Counted from the first letter of the stretch, positions 9,476-18,511 are shown. The stretch is 38,472 nucleotides of DNA from an uncultured Bacteroidota bacterium (GCA_964535295.1 CAZHUW010000006.1:1-38472); one strand, 5' to 3'. The notes: generated by a model not told the origin, from the letters alone. Numbers and translations: made by a program.

Positions 9476-10479
9476 ACTGAAATGACCTCGCTTATTTTAG
9501 CTAATGATACGTCGTAACGGTAATTCGTTCCCATATGGCCGTCATCAAATTCCTCATACCAGAACGGAATATCGTATTTTTTTAACTTTTTGACGAATAT
9601 TCTAGCGCCGATATGCAGATGATATTCATCGCGCGAACCGCATTCAAGAAAAAGACCCCGGAGTTTTCTCAATTTGAGCTGATATTTTAATTCAGAGACC
9701 AAATGTACAGGGTCGTATTTGATCCATTTTTTCCATATGGTTTCTCGCAATTCGCCGGTCTCCAGGTCAAAAGGCAGATCGATCCCGTACGTCGATGACT
9801 TTGGATTGGGTGAATATGCAGCACTCATGGCAATAACATTGATCGCCGTTAACATTTCCTGTGTTTTTTTCGGTGCATGGAAGAATTGCTCGAAGAATTT
9901 CTCAAGGCTCCCCGCACGGCGGATCGCATTATAACATTTCGGAATATCCGGTTTGTACGCGTATTCAAAATACATGTCGCCCGAACTGCAGAAAAAAGCC
10001 GAAAAAATATCCGGGTAGTTCATCGCAAGCATTAAAGCGCCGTATCCTCCGCTCGATTTGCCCATGACGGCGCGATGCTGCCCGGTTGCCAGAGTGCGAA
10101 AATTCTTATCGACATAAGGAACGATCTCTTTAAGCAGATAATCTTCATACCGGCCCATTGCGGTGGAATTCAGGTATTGGGATCCTCCCCATTGAGTAAA
10201 ACAATCGGGCATTACAAGGATACATTCTTTCATCCGGCTTTCAGCGATGAGTTTATCGCAGCGCTCGTCGATGGAATAGCTCCATGCCTGAGGCGAAAGG
10301 AGCATTCTGCCTGTGCCCATAAAACTGCTCAGCATATAGATGACCGGGTACCGCTTAGCATTATTTGAAGCGTAACCCGTAGGCAGATAGACGGCAAGTT
10401 TGCGAACAAAGTGATCCCCGAGCGGATTGTTTTTTAAGACCTCGCTCGTGAATGATTCAATAATGACTTGTGAGGACAT
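9472..10479 (-). CDS. Putative esterase (enterochelin-esterase-like alpha/beta hydrolase)
   Basis: VYLPTGY, YPVIYML, nucleophile elbow GKSSGGYGAL, acid in GSRDEY and His in DDGH. Confidence 0.9.
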   Translation of the reverse strand: MSSQVIIESFTSEVLKNNPLGDHFVRKLAVYLPTGYASNNAKRYPVIYMLSSFMGTGRMLLSPQAWSYSIDERCDKLIAESRMKECILVMPDCFTQWGGSQYLNSTAMGRYEDYLLKEIVPYVDKNFRTLATGQHRAVMGKSSGGYGALMLAMNYPDIFSAFFCSSGDMYFEYAYKPDIPKCYNAIRRAGSLEKFFEQFFHAPKKTQEMLTAINVIAMSAAYSPNPKSSTYGIDLPFDLETGELRETIWKKWIKYDPVHLVSELKYQLKLRKLRGLFLECGSRDEYHLHIGARIFVKKLKKYDIPFWYEEFDDGHMGTNYRYDVSLAKISEVISV

Positions 10480-10521
10480 AACGGAATACCTGGTCTGGTG
10501 ATGGGAAAGAGATCAAACGTA

Positions 10522-11577
10522 TTATGCTTTCAATGAAACACTATTTTCATGCCGGGTTCCGATCAGACCGCCGAGTTTTGGAAACTTAGCCAGGTCCGCT
10601 TCGGACAGATCCATATTCCTGATCTCTTCTTCATACGCAGCGAGCCGGTCGAGAATCGGAGCAACCGTTGAATAGGTCATGAGTTCCGCGCGCAGTTTTG
10701 CGATAAAAGGCAGTCCTTTAAGATAACCGGAATAATATTTCCTGAATTCGAGTACGCCGTATTTCTCGCCTTTGTATTGTACGGACAAATTAAGATGGTC
10801 GATACAAACCCGGATACGTTCCGCCGGCGAAGGCAGCGGAAGAAATTTGCCTGTCTCAAGATAATAACGTGATTCTCTGAATATCCAAGGATTAGCTATT
10901 GCGGCGCGGCCGATCATCACCCCGTCGCAGCCTGTTTCCAGCATTCGCTTTGCATCTTCCGGCAGCCGAATATCGCCGTTCCCAATCAATGGAATCGAGA
11001 TGACCTTTTTGATCTTCTCCAGCCACGACCAGTCGGCTTCGCCGTCGTGTGCCATGTCCCGTGTTCGGCAGTGAACGGTCAATGCTTTCGCGCCGGCATC
11101 TTCGACCATGCGCGCGACTTCAAGAATATTAATGCTGCTTTTATCCCAGCCAAGGCGGGTTTTGACAGTAACCGGCAGTTTGGTTCCTTTAACCGTGGAG
11201 CGTACGATCGCTTCGAATCTCGGCAGATCGCGCAACAATCCTGAACCCGCGCCGCGCATGGCAACGTCCTTGACCCAGCAGCCGCAGTTGATGTCGATAA
11301 AATCGGGATTCATTCTTTCTGCCACCGCCGCCGCGCCTTCCATCGAAGTTTCCACGCCGCCGAACAATTGGATCGCGACGGGCCGTTCCTCTTCTGCGAC
11401 CTGGATCTTCCGGAGCGCTTTGACCGCATCGCGGATCAGCGCTTCGCTGCTGGTGAATTCCGTATAAAGCAGATCGGCGCCAAGCCTTTTGCAAATGATA
11501 CGGAATGAGATATCCGTCACATCCTCCATCGGCGCCAGCGCAAGAGGTTTGTCAATGTCAATCTGTCCTATCTTCAT
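10522..11577 (-). CDS. dusB: tRNA-dihydrouridine synthase (DusB-like)
   Basis: LAPMEDVTD, IDINCGCWV, PVTVKTRLGW, LTVHCRTR, LIGNGDI, DGVMIGRAAIANPWIF. Confidence 0.93.
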   Translation of the reverse strand: MKIGQIDIDKPLALAPMEDVTDISFRIICKRLGADLLYTEFTSSEALIRDAVKALRKIQVAEEERPVAIQLFGGVETSMEGAAAVAERMNPDFIDINCGCWVKDVAMRGAGSGLLRDLPRFEAIVRSTVKGTKLPVTVKTRLGWDKSSINILEVARMVEDAGAKALTVHCRTRDMAHDGEADWSWLEKIKKVISIPLIGNGDIRLPEDAKRMLETGCDGVMIGRAAIANPWIFRESRYYLETGKFLPLPSPAERIRVCIDHLNLSVQYKGEKYGVLEFRKYYSGYLKGLPFIAKLRAELMTYSTVAPILDRLAAYEEEIRNMDLSEADLAKFPKLGGLIGTRHENSVSLKA

Positions 11578-11586
11578 ATTACGTGT

Positions 11587-11615
11587 AGGATAATAATATT
11601 TGCTTTGAATTGCAA
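11587..11615 (-). promoter_or_regulatory. Putative sigma70 promoter of dusB (near-leaderless)
   Basis: TTGCAA-N17-TATCCT on the minus strand. The -10 ends 9 nt before the ATG and there is no SD. Confidence 0.55.
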
Positions 11616-11745
11616 CTTTTAGAATTGTGGAAAAGACACCTAATTGAGGTGATTTTATATTATTTTTTCCAAATTAGAAATAATAATGCAAGAGTTAAAT
11701 AACTATTAAATAAACATTTAAAATCACATGAAATATTTTTTTGAA

Positions 11746-11760
11746 TGGCGTGATATCTGC
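11746..11760 (+). promoter_or_regulatory. Putative sigma54 (-24/-12) promoter
   Basis: TGGCGTGATATCTGC has the GG-N10-GC spacing of TGGCACG-N4-TTGC with three mismatches. It is preceded by about 110 bp of very AT-rich DNA. Confidence 0.45.
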
Positions 11761-11812
11761 CTTGTAAATATGCGTGATACTCAACATAACTAATTCCTGA
11801 AGGAGTTAACAT

Positions 11813-12058
11813 ATGACGCAAGTTAATCAATCCAAACCGTATAGCCTGGATGAACGCGAAACCATCGAGCAGGTGCTGGCGGAATTACACGCTTCCGATC
11901 CTGTACCGCCGATCGGTAAAACCCTCTTAGCCGTCAATCCGGAAGAAACGGCGATTTCAGAGGAATTCCGATTCTTCTTCGAATCCATTATCGGCGACTT
12001 TGAAGCATCGCTTAATGAATCCTATGAATGGATGGGATCGCGAACCGCGGCTGCGTAA
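11813..12058 (+). CDS. Small acidic hypothetical protein
   Basis: Strong RBS (GAAGGAG) upstream. The 81-aa ORF fills an otherwise empty intergenic region. No family recognised. Confidence 0.75.
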   Translation: MTQVNQSKPYSLDERETIEQVLAELHASDPVPPIGKTLLAVNPEETAISEEFRFFFESIIGDFEASLNESYEWMGSRTAAA

Positions 12059-12120
12059 ATTAGAAAACAACCATTTCTTCAAATCATCCTCTTCACCGAA
12101 GCATTTGAATTCCGGTTCAT

Positions 12121-12149
12121 TTGCTATTGCGCCAGTTTATTTCTACATT
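12121..12149 (+). promoter_or_regulatory. Putative sigma70 promoter
   Basis: TTGCTA-N17-TACATT upstream of the 12231 gene. Confidence 0.5.
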
Positions 12150-12230
12150 AGATAGTGAAAAATATAGCATGATGGTGTCCAAAGACTTCATCAAGAGGAA
12201 ATACAAAATTAACGACGCGGGGACAAACTT

Positions 12231-13496
12231 ATGAAAACGATCACATTGACTTTAGCAGTGCTTTTCTGTATTGCGATTGCAACATGTGTGGACGACAGTG
12301 AAGGTACCAATACTGCCAGCGGAACGTACATCTGGAATCCAGAAACAGGTGTTCTGATATGGAATTGGACAAGTTCCGATTTCACGTGCAACGGCCCGGA
12401 ATTAGGCCACGACACGACAACGGGAGTTGTCGTCACGGCCACAACCATGACATGGGCGGACATGGATGGAATGACCTGGGACCGGCCGAGTGGAACAGCC
12501 GGCGATATCGTCGGAACGTGGACAGCCGAAGACCCGGATGGTAATTCTTACACAGTGACTTTCGAAGCAAACGGCACGGTTTCTGTGACGGCAACTATCG
12601 CAGACTGCGAAGACAACGAGAATAGTACGAAAAATGCAAGTGGAACATACACCTGGGATCCGGTAGCGTATGTTATGACAATGAACACTACGAGTTCAAA
12701 CTTCACATGTGAAGGTCCGGTAGTAGGCGTCGACACGATGACGGGCGTCACGATAACTTCCACGACCATGACCTGGACAGGTTCCCAAATGACTTGGAAC
12801 CGTTCCAGCGGAACCGCCAATGATATCGTGGGAACATGGACAGCGGTGAGTCCGGCTGAAAAAACATACACGGCTGTATTCAACGGTAACGGGACCTTTA
12901 CAGTCACCGCAGTTATCGGTGAATGTGACGGAGGCGCTTATGCTGTCGCCCAGCATTGGCCGAGCAGTTATGTGGTCCAATTAACCTATGATGATCCGAA
13001 CAAAGACGCAACTTCAGTGAGCGTAACGGGCCCGGGAATAACAGGATCGAAAGCGCTTACTTACGACGCGGATGACGGAAGATGGAATTCCTGGACACCG
13101 CCCAGCAGTTCCGTATATTTCGGAACTTCCTATCCGACGGGTTTGCCTTACACCTATACCTTCTATATAACTGATAATGGCGGCACGTGGACAGCGACTT
13201 CTTCCGTGGATTGTTTTCAACAGGATTTTGCCACAAACCTCTCACCGGCTGATACGGTTTCAGGAACTCCCACTTTCAGTTGGACCGGAATTACTGATGT
13301 TAATGCAAGATATCAGGTTCAACTGAATATTGACGGGGATAGAATTTGGGATAGCCCTGACGTAAGCGGCACCACAGTCTTATACAGCGGTCCTGCCCTG
13401 AATCCTGGTACAACGTATCATTATGATGTAGTTTTAACCCGGAGCAGCGCTTGTGATGAAGAGTCTTTTGCTCAAGGAAGTTTTACGTATCAATAA
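12231..13496 (+). CDS. Exported beta-rich protein (possible lipoprotein) with a tandem-duplicated N-terminal domain and Ig/FN3-like C-terminus
   Basis: Hydrophobic N-terminus ending in ...IATC (atypical lipobox). Thr/Gly/Trp-rich. Two ~98-aa repeats at 12315-12608 and 12636-12926. Confidence 0.8.
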   Translation: MKTITLTLAVLFCIAIATCVDDSEGTNTASGTYIWNPETGVLIWNWTSSDFTCNGPELGHDTTTGVVVTATTMTWADMDGMTWDRPSGTAGDIVGTWTAEDPDGNSYTVTFEANGTVSVTATIADCEDNENSTKNASGTYTWDPVAYVMTMNTTSSNFTCEGPVVGVDTMTGVTITSTTMTWTGSQMTWNRSSGTANDIVGTWTAVSPAEKTYTAVFNGNGTFTVTAVIGECDGGAYAVAQHWPSSYVVQLTYDDPNKDATSVSVTGPGITGSKALTYDADDGRWNSWTPPSSSVYFGTSYPTGLPYTYTFYITDNGGTWTATSSVDCFQQDFATNLSPADTVSGTPTFSWTGITDVNARYQVQLNIDGDRIWDSPDVSGTTVLYSGPALNPGTTYHYDVVLTRSSACDEESFAQGSFTYQ

Positions 13497-13580
13497 ATAT
13501 CCTTATCCGTTGTTCACCGCTGTTTTTTTCCGTGTGCTTGAAATGCACTCGCCATGCGCGTTGACTAAATCTTATTTTTC

Positions 13581-13610
13581 TTGACAATCGCATGAGGTAT
13601 GCTATATATT
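13581..13610 (+). promoter_or_regulatory. Putative sigma70 promoter of the K+ transporter gene
   Basis: Perfect TTGACA followed after 18 nt by TATATT(TG). Confidence 0.55.
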
Positions 13611-13702
13611 TGCCCACTTCTCACGGCACGTTTCGGCAACTTTTTAGTTGGCCTGAACCAAAAGCATAAGCTAGCGTCCGTATTGAGAATTTCAGATCAG
13701 GT

Positions 13703-15322
13703 ATGGACGAAACCAAAAATACCGGTTCCTCCGACGCGCACCCCGGCAAATCCGAAACACCCCAAACGGATTCTTCATCGGTCACTCCCCACAAGTTTAT
13801 CCAGGCGGAAGTTCAGAAATTCGAAAATATTTTCGAGAAAGGCCTCCGAAGATATTCTGCGGCTGAGATCACCATCTTCGGTTTTGCGTGCGCTATTCTA
13901 TTAGGATCGTTGATCCTGTATCTCATTGAAAATCTATCCGATAACCCGCTGGGCTATGTTGATGCCTTGTTCATTTCAACTTCAGCTATTTGTGTCACCG
14001 GTCTCACCTCTATAGATTTCAGCAAATTCACATTCGCCGGACAGTTCGTTACGATGCTGCTCATTCAGATCGGCGGATTCGGCGTTGTAACGGCATTCCG
14101 TCTCTTATGGATCGGACGTTCTAGCGATCTTTCACCGGGTTCGGCTCAAACTCTGGGCTCCGTGATGGACGTGGACGGAGGCCATCAAACCGTTTTGCAG
14201 GTCCTGGCTTCCACGGCTAAGATCACACTGGCTATCGAAGGACTCGGGTGTATCTTTATGTATTATCACATGCAGGACCGGGTCGAATCACCGCTCTGGT
14301 TCTCGGTTTTTCATACGATTTCCGCTTTTAATAATGCGGGATTCGGGCTGAATGCGGATAATTTGATGCAGTACCGCGGCGATGTATTTTTCAATTTGAT
14401 CGTTGCCGCCCTGGTCATTTTCGGAGGAATCGGTTATCCGGTACTGCTCGGCATCGAACAGTTCTTCTTATTGACACTGCACAAAGCGCTTGGTTTTTCT
14501 GAGGCGCTGATGGAAATGGTAGCGATCCGCAAGCCCGAGCGGTTAGGTCTGGTAGAACCGTTTTACAACTTTGTTGATAAACTTTATTTGAGAGCCAAAA
14601 AGATCAAAGAAGAACTTGCCGGCGTCGCATCGCCTCTCCAAATGAAGATCGTGTTTTACGGAACGATATTTCTCATCTTTGCCGGAATGATCTTTACGCT
14701 GATATTCGAATGGCATGACGAGCGTTCATTAGGCACGTTGTCGTTAGGCGATAAGATACTTACTTCGTTCTTCCATTCAGTGACAACACGAACGGCCGGG
14801 TTCAATACGATCGATATAGGTGCCCTCCAGATACGAACATTATTGCTTTACATTTTATTAATGTTCATCGGCGCGGCGCCTCAGGGTACGGCGGGTGGAA
14901 TTAAGATCCCGACCTTCGTCACGATGCTGGGTTATATCCGCAGTTCCTTCCGCGGAAGAACTCGTGTTGCGGTCTTCAATTACGTCGTTTCTAAAACTTC
15001 CGTAGGCAACGCCGTCAAACTCTACGTACTCAGTTCAACTTTCGTTCTGGGAGTGATCCTCATGATGTCGATCATCGAGGTACAATTTTCGCTCGTTCAA
15101 ATGGCTTTTGAGACAGTGAGCGCCTTCGGTACGGTCGGTTTGTCCACCGGCATAACTATGTTGCTGAGCCCCTCATCAAAATTACTTCTTGTAGCCACCA
15201 TGTTTACCGGCCGTGTCGGCCTTCTGACCATCGGAAGCGCTATCATCAAACCCGCCGATGAGATCGTTCAGACACCGCCAGGCACGTGGACCGATGACGG
15301 AATGAAGCTGCAGATCGGGTAA
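13703..15322 (+). CDS. Trk/Ktr family potassium uptake membrane subunit (KtrB/TrkH-like)
   Basis: Four pore loops, each with the filter Gly: SAICVTGL, SAFNNAGF, TTRTAGFN, SAFGTVGLS. Also GTAGGIK and MFTGRVG. Confidence 0.93.
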   Translation: MDETKNTGSSDAHPGKSETPQTDSSSVTPHKFIQAEVQKFENIFEKGLRRYSAAEITIFGFACAILLGSLILYLIENLSDNPLGYVDALFISTSAICVTGLTSIDFSKFTFAGQFVTMLLIQIGGFGVVTAFRLLWIGRSSDLSPGSAQTLGSVMDVDGGHQTVLQVLASTAKITLAIEGLGCIFMYYHMQDRVESPLWFSVFHTISAFNNAGFGLNADNLMQYRGDVFFNLIVAALVIFGGIGYPVLLGIEQFFLLTLHKALGFSEALMEMVAIRKPERLGLVEPFYNFVDKLYLRAKKIKEELAGVASPLQMKIVFYGTIFLIFAGMIFTLIFEWHDERSLGTLSLGDKILTSFFHSVTTRTAGFNTIDIGALQIRTLLLYILLMFIGAAPQGTAGGIKIPTFVTMLGYIRSSFRGRTRVAVFNYVVSKTSVGNAVKLYVLSSTFVLGVILMMSIIEVQFSLVQMAFETVSAFGTVGLSTGITMLLSPSSKLLLVATMFTGRVGLLTIGSAIIKPADEIVQTPPGTWTDDGMKLQIG

Positions 15323-15362
15323 ATCAATTTTAGATAGAAGATTTACTTTCAACTTTTCACAT

Positions 15363-15404
15363 AAACAAAGACCAAATTCTATCGAATTTGGTCTTTGTTT
15401 TTTC
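15363..15404. terminator. Bidirectional intrinsic terminator
   Basis: Perfect 17-bp stem AAACAAAGACCAAATTC-TATC-GAATTTGGTCTTTGTTT plus a T-tract, between convergent genes. Confidence 0.85.
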
Positions 15405-15419
15405 GAACAATCGTTAACT

Positions 15420-16079
15420 TTACTTTAACGTCGCATTCAAAAACTTATTGAACGGATGCAGTACTTTGAATACATCGGCACAGTGTTTTGCAAAAGTATC
15501 CGACAAAATCATTTTGTCATTCATTTTGTGAACAACTACCAAACTTTTGAATTTCAGCGTTTCTGCAGCCGGGTGATCCGGATCGAATCCGGGCGGCAGC
15601 CGTTTTAACTTTTCTCCTTCCATCTCTGTGAAGTATTTTTTGAACCGACCGTCCTTATTGATCTTTTCAAACGCCTTCCAATTTTTATACACATGATTCC
15701 GAAGGGCTTTTAGCCAATCCGAATCCGGCATATGTGCGCCGCCTGCCAGGAAACTGCCGTTAGGTTCGACATGAAGGTAGTAACCGGCGCCCGCTTCAGC
15801 TTTTTTACCGTCCTTCACCATCCACGCGCCCATATTCGTCTTGTACGGCGATTTATCCTTGGCAAATCGGACATCTTTATAGATGCGGAAGATGCAATCT
15901 CTTGGCGACAGATCGGCAATGTCTTTGTCAAATTTCCCGATCCGCCCGATGACGTCCTCGACCAAGGATTCAAATTCGTCTTTTACCAGGAGGTAATCGG
16001 CTTTGTGTGCATTGAACCAATCGCGATTATTGTTTTTCTTAAGTTCTTTGAAAAAGGTAATCGTTTTGAATGTTAACAT
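15420..16079 (-). CDS. DUF2461 family protein
   Basis: FFKELKKNNNRDWF, IFRIYKDVRFAKDKSPYK, GYYLHVEP..SFLAGG, LKRLPPGF. Confidence 0.92.
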   Translation of the reverse strand: MLTFKTITFFKELKKNNNRDWFNAHKADYLLVKDEFESLVEDVIGRIGKFDKDIADLSPRDCIFRIYKDVRFAKDKSPYKTNMGAWMVKDGKKAEAGAGYYLHVEPNGSFLAGGAHMPDSDWLKALRNHVYKNWKAFEKINKDGRFKKYFTEMEGEKLKRLPPGFDPDHPAAETLKFKSLVVVHKMNDKMILSDTFAKHCADVFKVLHPFNKFLNATLK

Positions 16080-16155
16080 GTGAATCCGGTGTTTTGCTTT
16101 AAATTTTCTTCAGTATAAAATTATTTAACAATCGAATCAATCACTTTGAATGATA

Positions 16156-16189
16156 TAAAAAAATCCCGCACGCCAAAAGCATACGGGAT
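16156..16189 (-). terminator. Intrinsic terminator after the porin gene
   Basis: Minus strand ATCCCGTATGC-TTTTG-GCGTGCGGGAT (two G-U pairs) followed by TTTTTT. Confidence 0.8.
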
Positions 16190-16219
16190 GATTCTCAGAA
16201 TTAACAGTTATTTTTTCTA

Positions 16220-17584
16220 TCAGAATCTGTATTGCACACGGAACGTGAACACATTGTCTTTCACATCTTTCCTGAACCGCACCAGTGCTGAAGAAGTTGC
16301 AGCGCTATTTACTTTTTCATTTTGAACCATTTCATAATAGGCCGTTAATTTCACATTATCGTCCCAATGGTAGATCCAGCCAAGGCCGATAGTGTTGAAC
16401 TTGATATCCGCAGGCGATGTTTTGCTCCCGACACCGATGTCCGAACCTTTGACGCCCGTATTCGGATCGTAGATATCGTATTTGACAACGGCCTGGTTCT
16501 TCTTCCCGGCATTCTGAATATACATGACATACATACCTGCGAATTTACGCCTATAAACCGGCTGCACATCCGGTATGGATTTGACCGAAGTCCCGCTAAC
16601 CGTCTGAACGGTACCCGGATTATAGAAAGAACCCGAAGAGGCGGTGCCGGGCTGATCCCCGGAAATATATTCTCCGCGGATCTGCATCGCGCCGATCACA
16701 GGAAGCTCATAATAGGCCTGCGCATCGAAGCCCAGGTATTTTCTATCGAAGGACGCAAGAATATTACTTGAAGACGAATCGCGCACAAAGTTCTTATTGC
16801 TGATGCGGTACACCTCCGCTGAATTGCTTGTTATTTTTCCGGAATACATGGAAATGCCGCCGTCGACAACCAGATTCATAGTTTTCACAGGCAGTGTAAA
16901 TCCAAAACGGCCTATGATATCTTTGTTATCGTCGTTCTCATTGGCTGTATTCAGGACACCGTTGAAAACACCCGCCTTTAAGTTAAAATGGCTCCATAGG
17001 CCGGTTTCTTTCTTTGGAAATATCTCTGCTTTAACGCCGATCTCACGCTCACCGGGAAAAAGCGTCTGATACATTCTTGAACGCTCGGGCGATTCGCGTT
17101 TTGATGACGAATAAGAGATCTCATAACCGAACGGCCGATCTGAGGCGCCGATAACGAACGTAGCCGTTTTGAACCACGGCTCCGTCACCGCAACATACGC
17201 GTCTTTGATCCCAACGCCGTTTTGCGTCACATCGACCTGCAAGACGAATTGAGAAAGCCCGTTATCATACACTGCTTTGAGCCTTCCGCGGCGCACGGCA
17301 AAACGCGATTTGACATTAGACGGGAATGTCCCACCTGCAAAATCGCCGGCTTTCCACTGCGACGTACCCTGGCTGTCCGTGAATTGGTACTGTGCCTGGA
17401 TGTAACCTGAGAACTTCAGTTTATTGGTTTTGTCCACCGATTTTTTAACATCCTGAAGCGCTTTCTTAAGCTCCTCAATTTGTTCGTCGCCCGGCTTTTC
17501 CGTCGAGCTGCCGGTCTGTTCCTGAGCCGTCACCATGCGGTGTGCCGCGAACAGAAGTATCAGAATCCACGCAAATTTCTTCAT
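16220..17584 (-). CDS. Outer-membrane porin, phosphate-selective OprO/OprP-like
   Basis: Signal peptide, short coiled-coil, FSGYIQAQYQ, FAVRRGRLK, IKDAYV, FGYEISYSSSKRESPERS and a C-terminal Phe beta-signal (VQYRF). GGAGG RBS. Confidence 0.8.
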   Translation of the reverse strand: MKKFAWILILLFAAHRMVTAQEQTGSSTEKPGDEQIEELKKALQDVKKSVDKTNKLKFSGYIQAQYQFTDSQGTSQWKAGDFAGGTFPSNVKSRFAVRRGRLKAVYDNGLSQFVLQVDVTQNGVGIKDAYVAVTEPWFKTATFVIGASDRPFGYEISYSSSKRESPERSRMYQTLFPGEREIGVKAEIFPKKETGLWSHFNLKAGVFNGVLNTANENDDNKDIIGRFGFTLPVKTMNLVVDGGISMYSGKITSNSAEVYRISNKNFVRDSSSSNILASFDRKYLGFDAQAYYELPVIGAMQIRGEYISGDQPGTASSGSFYNPGTVQTVSGTSVKSIPDVQPVYRRKFAGMYVMYIQNAGKKNQAVVKYDIYDPNTGVKGSDIGVGSKTSPADIKFNTIGLGWIYHWDDNVKLTAYYEMVQNEKVNSAATSSALVRFRKDVKDNVFTFRVQYRF

Positions 17585-17627
17585 GATCCCTCCATTAGTA
17601 TTAGAAAACTATTTTTAAATGCGCGGA

Positions 17628-17683
17628 AATGTAGCCTGAGTGTGTTACAATTTGATTATTGAAATATTATCAAATTGTTAAAT
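17628..17683 (-). promoter_or_regulatory. Pho-box-like array (four 7-bp half-sites, 11-bp period) plus -10 element of the porin gene
   Basis: Minus strand ATTTAAC-AATT-TGATAAT-ATTT-CAATAAT-CAAA-TTGTAAC-N10-TACATT. Confidence 0.7.
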
Positions 17684-17722
17684 TTGCACTAAGCTTTTTT
17701 TATCGTTTGATGTTCTCTGATG

Positions 17723-17757
17723 AAAAAAATACCCCGTAAACTAAATGTCTACGGGGC
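17723..17757 (-). terminator. Intrinsic terminator after the 160-aa lipoprotein gene
   Basis: Minus strand GCCCCGTAGAC-ATTTA-GTTTACGGGGT followed by ATTTTTTT. Confidence 0.8.
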
Positions 17758-17824
17758 CTTGCGTGGTTCCGATTACTTTCTAATCGGTGTTTCTCCTACC
17801 TAACAAAGGAGAAAATTTATTTCA

Positions 17825-18307
17825 TCAATCTCTGTAGCTTAAAAATTTGTACTCGCCCTTTCTTTCTATGATCGAACCGCAAAACTTAAGTGCTTTTATA
17901 TTTCCGTCCTTGTCGGTCACATTCAAAACCGCAGAAGTGTAAATTGTGAAAGTAGCATATCTTTCTGAATTCTCTTCAAATGCTACGTCAACGAGCCGAT
18001 ATTCCTGCCCTCCGATATCGGTCAGTGCGCGCGTCATGCCTTTGATCGTTTTCCCATTCAGATTATCCCATGCAAAATCAAACGGAAAGTTCTTTTTACT
18101 GGCTGGAAATTCCGGCCACAGATAGTTTTTAAATTCGTCATGATTGATTCGAAGCGCATCCAGTTCTTTAATGTCATTCGATTCGATGGCCATAAGAACC
18201 TTCTTAGCCAGATCGTCAATTGAATCTCCGGAATGAGCCAGATCACGTTTCTGACATGACGAAAGAATCAAAATTACAAAGAGCGGTAAAAGCATTAGGT
18301 TTTTCAT
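17825..18307 (-). CDS. Hypothetical lipoprotein
   Basis: Lipobox LSSC after a hydrophobic signal. Alpha-then-beta layout; no family recognised. Confidence 0.8.
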   Translation of the reverse strand: MKNLMLLPLFVILILSSCQKRDLAHSGDSIDDLAKKVLMAIESNDIKELDALRINHDEFKNYLWPEFPASKKNFPFDFAWDNLNGKTIKGMTRALTDIGGQEYRLVDVAFEENSERYATFTIYTSAVLNVTDKDGNIKALKFCGSIIERKGEYKFLSYRD

Positions 18308-18324
18308 AGAATAAAAAATACGGA

Positions 18325-18449
18325 CTTATCGGATTTACTCACATGCCATTCTGAACTTGATTCGGAATCTGCACTAGAGCGTTGTGAAAATGAGATTCTG
18401 AAACAAGTTCAGAATTACAATTTTTATAAAAGTGAGTAAATCCGATAAG
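18325..18449. repeat. Nested inverted repeat / REP-doublet-like element
   Basis: Perfect outer 18-bp inverted repeat (CTTATCGGATTTACTCAC at 18325-18342 and its complement at 18432-18449). Inner 23-bp inverted repeat (18348-18370 vs 18393-18415, 21/23 match); each inner arm is itself a hairpin (ATTCTGAA-CTTG(A/T)-TTC(G/A)GAAT). Confidence 0.85.
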
Positions 18450-18462
18450 CAGTTAAAATTAG

Positions 18463-18496
18463 GGATGCAGGTTGCACGCAAATACAACCTGCATCC
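18463..18496 (-). terminator. Hairpin after the beta-helix lipoprotein gene (terminator or mRNA-stabilising stem)
   Basis: Perfect 12-bp stem GGATGCAGGTTG-N10-CAACCTGCATCC with a weak U-tract. Confidence 0.6.
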
Positions 18497-18511
18497 GTGG
18501 TACATTAAAGT

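Noticed and set aside
6098-10479. mazG as part of an anti-phage or toxin-antitoxin system
   Set aside because: It is a canonical two-domain housekeeping MazG with no mazEF or recognisable defence genes nearby.
13612-13702. Possible c-di-AMP (ydaO) riboswitch in the K+ transporter leader
   Set aside because: The leader is only about 90 nt and lacks the conserved ydaO sequence blocks.
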